Source of the DNA: Mycolicibacterium smegmatis | GTDB taxonomy: Bacteria > Actinomycetota > Actinomycetes > Mycobacteriales > Mycobacteriaceae | Length of the DNA: 32,000 nucleotides | Reading direction: 5' to 3' | NCBI RefSeq assembly: GCF_001457595.1 | Contig: NZ_LN831039.1 | Span: 3,990,001-4,022,000, forward strand | In this document: piece after piece, positions 26,529 to 32,000 of the stretch | Layout: the number at the start of each line of letters is the position of its first letter | How positions within the stretch are numbered: the first letter of the stretch is position 1 | Position numbers and translations under genes: made by a program | Notes under the pieces: generated by a model | The model's database searches: none | What the model saw: the letters and a program-made list of their open reading frames with translations, nothing else | Told to the model about the DNA's origin: nothing

Positions 26529-27771
26529 CACCGCGTCCTTCGTCTGTGCCGGTCCGGGATCAACCGCATGACATCCTGCAGCGGGATGTCGCCGCGCCAG
26601 TGCACGACGTCGATGCCGATCGTGCTCATGTCGCGGTACATCGCCGAGCGATGCAGCGCCCACAGTCGCGGGATCAGCGGGTCCAGGCCGTCCGGGTTGT
26701 CGAACGGCGCTCCCTCAAGGACGTCGACGGCCACCACGGCGTGCCCGTGTTTGGCCAGCTCGATCAGCGCGAACGCGAACTCGGTGTTCAGCATCGTGGA
26801 GAACGCCACCACGATGGCTCCCGGTGGCACCGCGGCGCGCGGCGCGAGCGTGCCGGTGGTTGTCTCGAACCCGCCGCCCGCCCCGAGGATCGCGTCGAGC
26901 ACGCGGTAGAACTGCCTGCGCCCGATGTCGAGCCCGAGCCACCGCGGTTGCCTGCCGCCGAGCGCCACGATGCCGGCCCGGTCGCCGCTGCGCAGCGCGC
27001 TCTGCACCACCTGCGCCGCGCCGCGTGCGGTGCGCTCGGTGGCCTGTGTGGCCGGGCCGGGCGCCTGGTCGTGGGTGTCGATGAGCACCACGACGTCGCC
27101 CCCGCGATCGGTGAGCCGCTCGGTGACGTGCAGTCGTCCGCGGCGGGCACTCACCGGCCAGTTGACGGTGCGCAGATGATCGCCCGGCACATAGGGCCGC
27201 ACGTCGGCGTACTCCACCCCGGGTCCGGTGTGGCGGGTCAGGTGGGTGCCGAGCCGGTCGGGCAGTTCGGCGCGCGGCATCGGGGTGAGATGTGGTGCGG
27301 CCAGCGGGAACACGTAGAGCTCCGCGGCCTCGACGGTGCCCGTGCCGGTCACGAGTCCACCCGGCGCGGTCACCGTGACGTGCGCCCGCAGCGGGTAGCG
27401 GCCCCAGCGCGACGCGTTCGCGCGCACCCTCTGCTCGGGACCCGCGCGGTCGCCCGGCTCGAGCCGCAAACCCTCGACGCTGTCCACCCGCAGCCGGGCA
27501 TCGGCGCCGGCACTGCTGCTCACCCGCACCGACAATTCGGCGCTCTCGTTCTCGAAACACCGCACGGTGGCGGGCTCTGCGCCGACCTCGACCGAGACGC
27601 GAGGCCGCTGCCAGTAGGCCGAACACAGCACACCGAGCAGTGGCGAGGCGAAGATGACCAATTGCCAACGGAATCCGAGCACCGCGATCAACATCGCACC
27701 TGCCGCGGCGGTGGCCACGGACTTAGTCAGAGGCGACGCGCCCCAACGCAGCGGCACGTGCACACCGACGG

Positions 27772-27775
<4 letters not shown>
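26528..27775 (-). CDS. DUF58 domain protein
   Basis: EYADVRPYVPGDHLRTVNWPVSARRGRLHVTERLTDRGGDVVVLIDTHD is the DUF58 signature; coupled to MoxR. Confidence 0.88.
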
Positions 27776-28728
<953 letters not shown>

Positions 28729-29224
28729 GTTCGCCTGACTGGTCGCAGCTGCTCCAATCGTTGCAGGATCTCCGCGAGCACCGCGCGGCCCGGGCCTGGT
28801 CCGTCGTCCCGTGCGGAGGCGACGTTGTTGGGATCCACCCACTGCCACAACCGTTCTCCGAACAGCATCCGACCGGTGGCCTGGAATGCCGACTGGTCGC
28901 CGACCAGTCGTTGTCCGCTGGCCGCGGCGAACTCCCTGGCCAACCGTGGCCGCAGATGGCGGTCCCACTGGCTGCGAGTGGAATCGGCTCGGCTGATGAG
29001 GATCTCGGTCTCGGACTGCCAGCGCGCCAGCAGTTCGGCCGCGTCCTCCGACGCCGTGCTGCGCGCATCGTGGACTGGATCTTCGCGCAATGCCAGGCGC
29101 ACCGAGACCAGCAGCACCGCGAGCGCAGCGCCGGTGGCCCAGCCGATCATGCTGCGGCCCGGCACCGCGAGCGCTGCCAGTTCGACGAACACCACCAACG
29201 CAAAGCCCGCGACCACGAACCGTT

Positions 29225-30154
29225 TCATACGAGGCTCCGCAGATCGGCGTGTACGCGCTGCAGCGCGGCGACCGCGGCCGCGCGATGCGTCTCGGTCATC
29301 CGGTGCGGGCTGAACCGCGCCTCGGCGAACAGCTCGACGAGTTCGGTTGCGCTGTCGGCATTCAGCGCGTGATGCTCGACCGCACGGGCGAGCACCTCCG
29401 ACGGTGTGTCGGATTCCTGCGGGACCGCTTCCGGTGCGTACGCGAGGCCCTGTTCCATGGCCGCATAGCACGCGATGATCGCGGTTCTGGGGTCGCGGCT
29501 GAGATCCCCGATCTCGGCGAGCCCGAGTTCGGTTGCGCGGACCAGCTTCTCCGGGTTTCTGGGGTGAACCGGCAGGACCGGCCAGGTGTCGTCGGCCCGG
29601 TGCAGGTGGGCCGCGGCGCGGCGCCTGGCGCGCAGGATGGTCCCGATCGCGATGAGCAGCAACATGATCACCCCGGCCACCGCGAGCAGGCGGAACGCGG
29701 TGGCGTCCCCAGGATCATCGGGTACCCGGGCCTCGCCCGGCGCGCCCGGGCTTTCACGCCCCGATCCGTCCTGGGGCGGGGGCAGTTCAGACGTGTCGGT
29801 CAACCGGGAGATCAGGACCGCGACCGACAGCCAGCACATCAGGACCGCCAGGCCCAGCAGTACCCATCGCCACCGCAGACGCGCCCGTGGCCCCCGTAGA
29901 CCGGCCTGGGGGATGTCGTCGCCGGCACCGGATACGCGGGGCTTGCGCGGTGCGGTGAAAATCGCGAACGCAAAGCCTGCCAACCCCACCGTGAGAAGCG
30001 CCGCGACGGCCACGAACGTGGCCGGAGAATCGGTGGGTGCCTGCGCCTGGGCGCGGCTGCCGCCGGGGACATGCCCGCGCAGTGCGACGACAGCGACCAC
30101 CATGAGCACGAGCACTGTGGCCACGCGCCCCGCGGCATTCTGCAAACCGGGCAT
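29225..30154 (-). CDS. DUF4129 domain membrane protein, first gene of the MoxR cluster
   Basis: C-terminal [33 protein letters not shown] is DUF4129-like; N-terminal TM segments; ATGA overlap downstream. Confidence 0.78.
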   Translation of the reverse strand: MPGLQNAAGRVATVLVLMVVAVVALRGHVPGGSRAQAQAPTDSPATFVAVAALLTVGLAGFAFAIFTAPRKPRVSGAGDDIPQAGLRGPRARLRWRWVLLGLAVLMCWLSVAVLISRLTDTSELPPPQDGSGRESPGAPGEARVPDDPGDATAFRLLAVAGVIMLLLIAIGTILRARRRAAAHLHRADDTWPVLPVHPRNPEKLVRATELGLAEIGDLSRDPRTAIIACYAAMEQGLAYAPEAVPQESDTPSEVLARAVEHHALNADSATELVELFAEARFSPHRMTETHRAAAVAALQRVHADLRSLV

Positions 30155-30236
30155 CGCCTGGTCAATGGTCGCACGATTTCAAATCACGCCCGGCAAAACC
30201 GTTCACTCGATCGCCCGCCGGGGGCCTAATGACTGC

Positions 30237-31169
30237 GTGAGTGAACTTCGTGCGACAAACCCGGGTCAGGTGCAGGTCACCGTGACCAAGCTCGGGGCCC
30301 ACATCGGCGCCAGGATCGACGGCGTGCGCGTCGGCGGCGACCTGTCCCCCGCCACCGTGAGCGCCATCAACGCGGCCCTCCTCGAGCACAAGGTGATCTT
30401 CTTCTCCGGCCAGGACCATCTCGACGATGCCGGACAGCTGGAGTTCGCCGAGCTGCTGGGTACGCCCACCGTCGCCCATCCGACGCTCGCCGAGGGCGCC
30501 GAGCAGTTGCTGCCGATCGACTCGCGCTACGACAAGGCCAACAGCTGGCACACCGATGTCACGTTCGTCGACCGTATCCCGAAGGCGTCGCTGCTGCGCG
30601 CGATGACGCTGCCCAGCTACGGCGGCACCACCGCGTGGGCCTCGACGGAAGCGGCCTACCAGCAGCTGCCCGCGCCGCTGCGCACGCTGGCCGACAACCT
30701 GTGGGCCGTGCACACCAACCGGTTCGACTACGCCGACAGCGCGATCTCCGCGGAACAGCGTGGCTACCGTCAGCGGTTCGAATCCGACTATTACGAGGTC
30801 GAGCACCCGGTGGTGCGGGTGCACCCCGAGACCGGTGAGCGGGTCCTGCTCCTCGGCCATTTCGTCAAGTCGTTCGTCGGACTCAAGGACACCGAGTCCG
30901 CGGCTTTGTTCCGGCTGTTCCAGGACCGGATCACGCGGCTGGAGAACACCGTACGGTGGAGCTGGAAGCCCGGTGACCTGGCGATCTGGGACAACCGCGC
31001 CACGCAGCACTACGCGGTGGCCGACTACGACGACCAGTACCGCAGGCTCAACCGCGTCACGCTGGCCGGTGACATCCCGGTCGACGTGTACGGCGAACGC
31101 AGCCGCGTCATCGCCGGTGACGCGTCGAGTTACTCCCCGGTGGACAGCCCGGTCGCCCTGGCGAGCTGA
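30237..31169 (+). CDS. TauD/TfdA-family Fe(II)/2-oxoglutarate dioxygenase, AtsK-like (Rv3406-like alkylsulfatase/taurine dioxygenase)
   Basis: GTG start; [43 protein letters not shown] (HxD), [15 protein letters not shown] (distal His). Confidence 0.88.
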   Translation: MSELRATNPGQVQVTVTKLGAHIGARIDGVRVGGDLSPATVSAINAALLEHKVIFFSGQDHLDDAGQLEFAELLGTPTVAHPTLAEGAEQLLPIDSRYDKANSWHTDVTFVDRIPKASLLRAMTLPSYGGTTAWASTEAAYQQLPAPLRTLADNLWAVHTNRFDYADSAISAEQRGYRQRFESDYYEVEHPVVRVHPETGERVLLLGHFVKSFVGLKDTESAALFRLFQDRITRLENTVRWSWKPGDLAIWDNRATQHYAVADYDDQYRRLNRVTLAGDIPVDVYGERSRVIAGDASSYSPVDSPVALAS

Positions 31170-31190
31170 GTTCCTAGAATGGGTCCGAGT

Positions 31191-32000
31191 ATGACCCGGA
31201 CCCGTGACCAGGACGCCTGCCCCGGTGCGCTGACAGTGCACCAGGCCGCTGACGGCGCGCTCGTGCGCATCCGGCTCGCGGGCGGCGCCATCACAGCCGC
31301 GCAGCTGGCCACCCTGGCCGATGTCGCGAACGATCTGGGTTCTCCGGCAATGGAACTCACGTCGCGCGGCAACATCCAGATCCGTGGGCTGACCGACACC
31401 GACGCCGCCGCGGCGGCGCTGGCCGGCGCCGGACTGTTGCCGTCACCGACACACGAGCGCGTGCGCAACATCGTGGCCTCGCCGCTGACGGGACGGTCGG
31501 GCGGGGTCGCCGACGTCGGCGCCCTGGTCTCCGAACTCGACGCGGCGATCCAGGCCGAGCCCGAGCTGGCCGGGTTGCCGGGCCGGTTCCTGTTCGGTCT
31601 GGACGACGGGCGCGGCGACATCTCCGGTCTCGGCCCCGACGCCGGGGTGCACATGCTCGACGCCGGCACCGGCGCTCTGCTGCTCGGCGGGTGTGACACC
31701 GGGGTACGGATCGACCGCGCCGGCGTGGTGCCCACGCTGATCACCGTGGCCCGCCGGTTCGCGAAGGTGCACGGAAAGGCCTGGCGTGTCGGCGAACTCG
31801 ACGACCTGGCGCCGCTGCTGGAGGGTTTGACGGCGTCCGGACCAGGTGGGCAGCGGTGGGCCCCGACCGTGCGGCCGCCCGTCGGCTGGATTCCCCAGCG
31901 CGACGGCCGTGTAGCGCTGGGCGCCGGGGTGCCGCTGGGTGTGTTGTCCGCGCGCGACGCGCAGTTCCTCGCCGCGATCGAGGCGCCCATCGTGATCACG
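31191..32000 (+). CDS. cobG: Precorrin-3B synthase CobG, 3' end outside window
   Basis: ATG at 31191, frame open to the window end; LTSRGNIQIRGLTD and NIVASPLTGR are ferredoxin sulfite/nitrite reductase-fold motifs. Confidence 0.88.
   Translation, partial: MTRTRDQDACPGALTVHQAADGALVRIRLAGGAITAAQLATLADVANDLGSPAMELTSRGNIQIRGLTDTDAAAAALAGAGLLPSPTHERVRNIVASPLTGRSGGVADVGALVSELDAAIQAEPELAGLPGRFLFGLDDGRGDISGLGPDAGVHMLDAGTGALLLGGCDTGVRIDRAGVVPTLITVARRFAKVHGKAWRVGELDDLAPLLEGLTASGPGGQRWAPTVRPPVGWIPQRDGRVALGAGVPLGVLSARDAQFLAAIEAPIVIT

Noticed and set aside
29586-30236. N-terminal extension of the dioxygenase ORF
   Set aside because: Antisense to the DUF4129 gene; family similarity begins at [10 protein letters not shown]...[14 protein letters not shown], so the start was set at GTG 30237.

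Overview
High-GC actinobacterial chromosome segment. Gene content and order (lipT-lppI / Rv2049c-like-rbpA / ppm1-lnt / fxsA / Rv2061c-like / cobN / cobG) match a fast-growing Mycobacterium (Mycolicibacterium), most like the M. smegmatis rbpA-ppm1-cobN region; the species call comes from recalled synteny, not a search. Left to right: the end of an FAD monooxygenase plus an alpha/beta hydrolase; a DUF35 + thiolase/lipid-transfer pair behind a KstR-like near-palindrome; a YggU/DUF167 gene embedded in a family of inverted repeats; a minus-strand cluster of carboxylesterase, copper amine oxidase and an APH-kinase/CrtC-like fusion; lppI; a minus-strand ssuCBAD-type sulfonate operon; a lipoprotein gene; a winged-helix/alpha-beta-hydrolase fusion; a Cys-rich small protein divergent from rbpA; separate ppm1 and lnt genes; an amidohydrolase; fxsA; a PPOX-fold protein; cobN; a predicted 35-aa protein; a MoxR3/DUF58/DUF4129-type operon; a TauD/AtsK-like dioxygenase; and the start of cobG. 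No tRNA, rRNA, CRISPR, transposase, prophage or canonical defence system was recognised. The best leads are: (1) three TCTCCAT direct repeats at exact 11-bp spacing upstream of the lipoprotein gene, next to an OmpR-type wHTH-hydrolase fusion gene; (2) a family of CCGCGAG(C/T)GTGCG inverted repeats at gene ends; (3) the kinase/CrtC-like fusion with copper amine oxidase and esterase; (4) a KstR-like operator before the DUF35/thiolase pair; (5) a 35-aa predicted single-pass protein with operator-like leader motifs upstream of cobN. None is proven novel from sequence alone.
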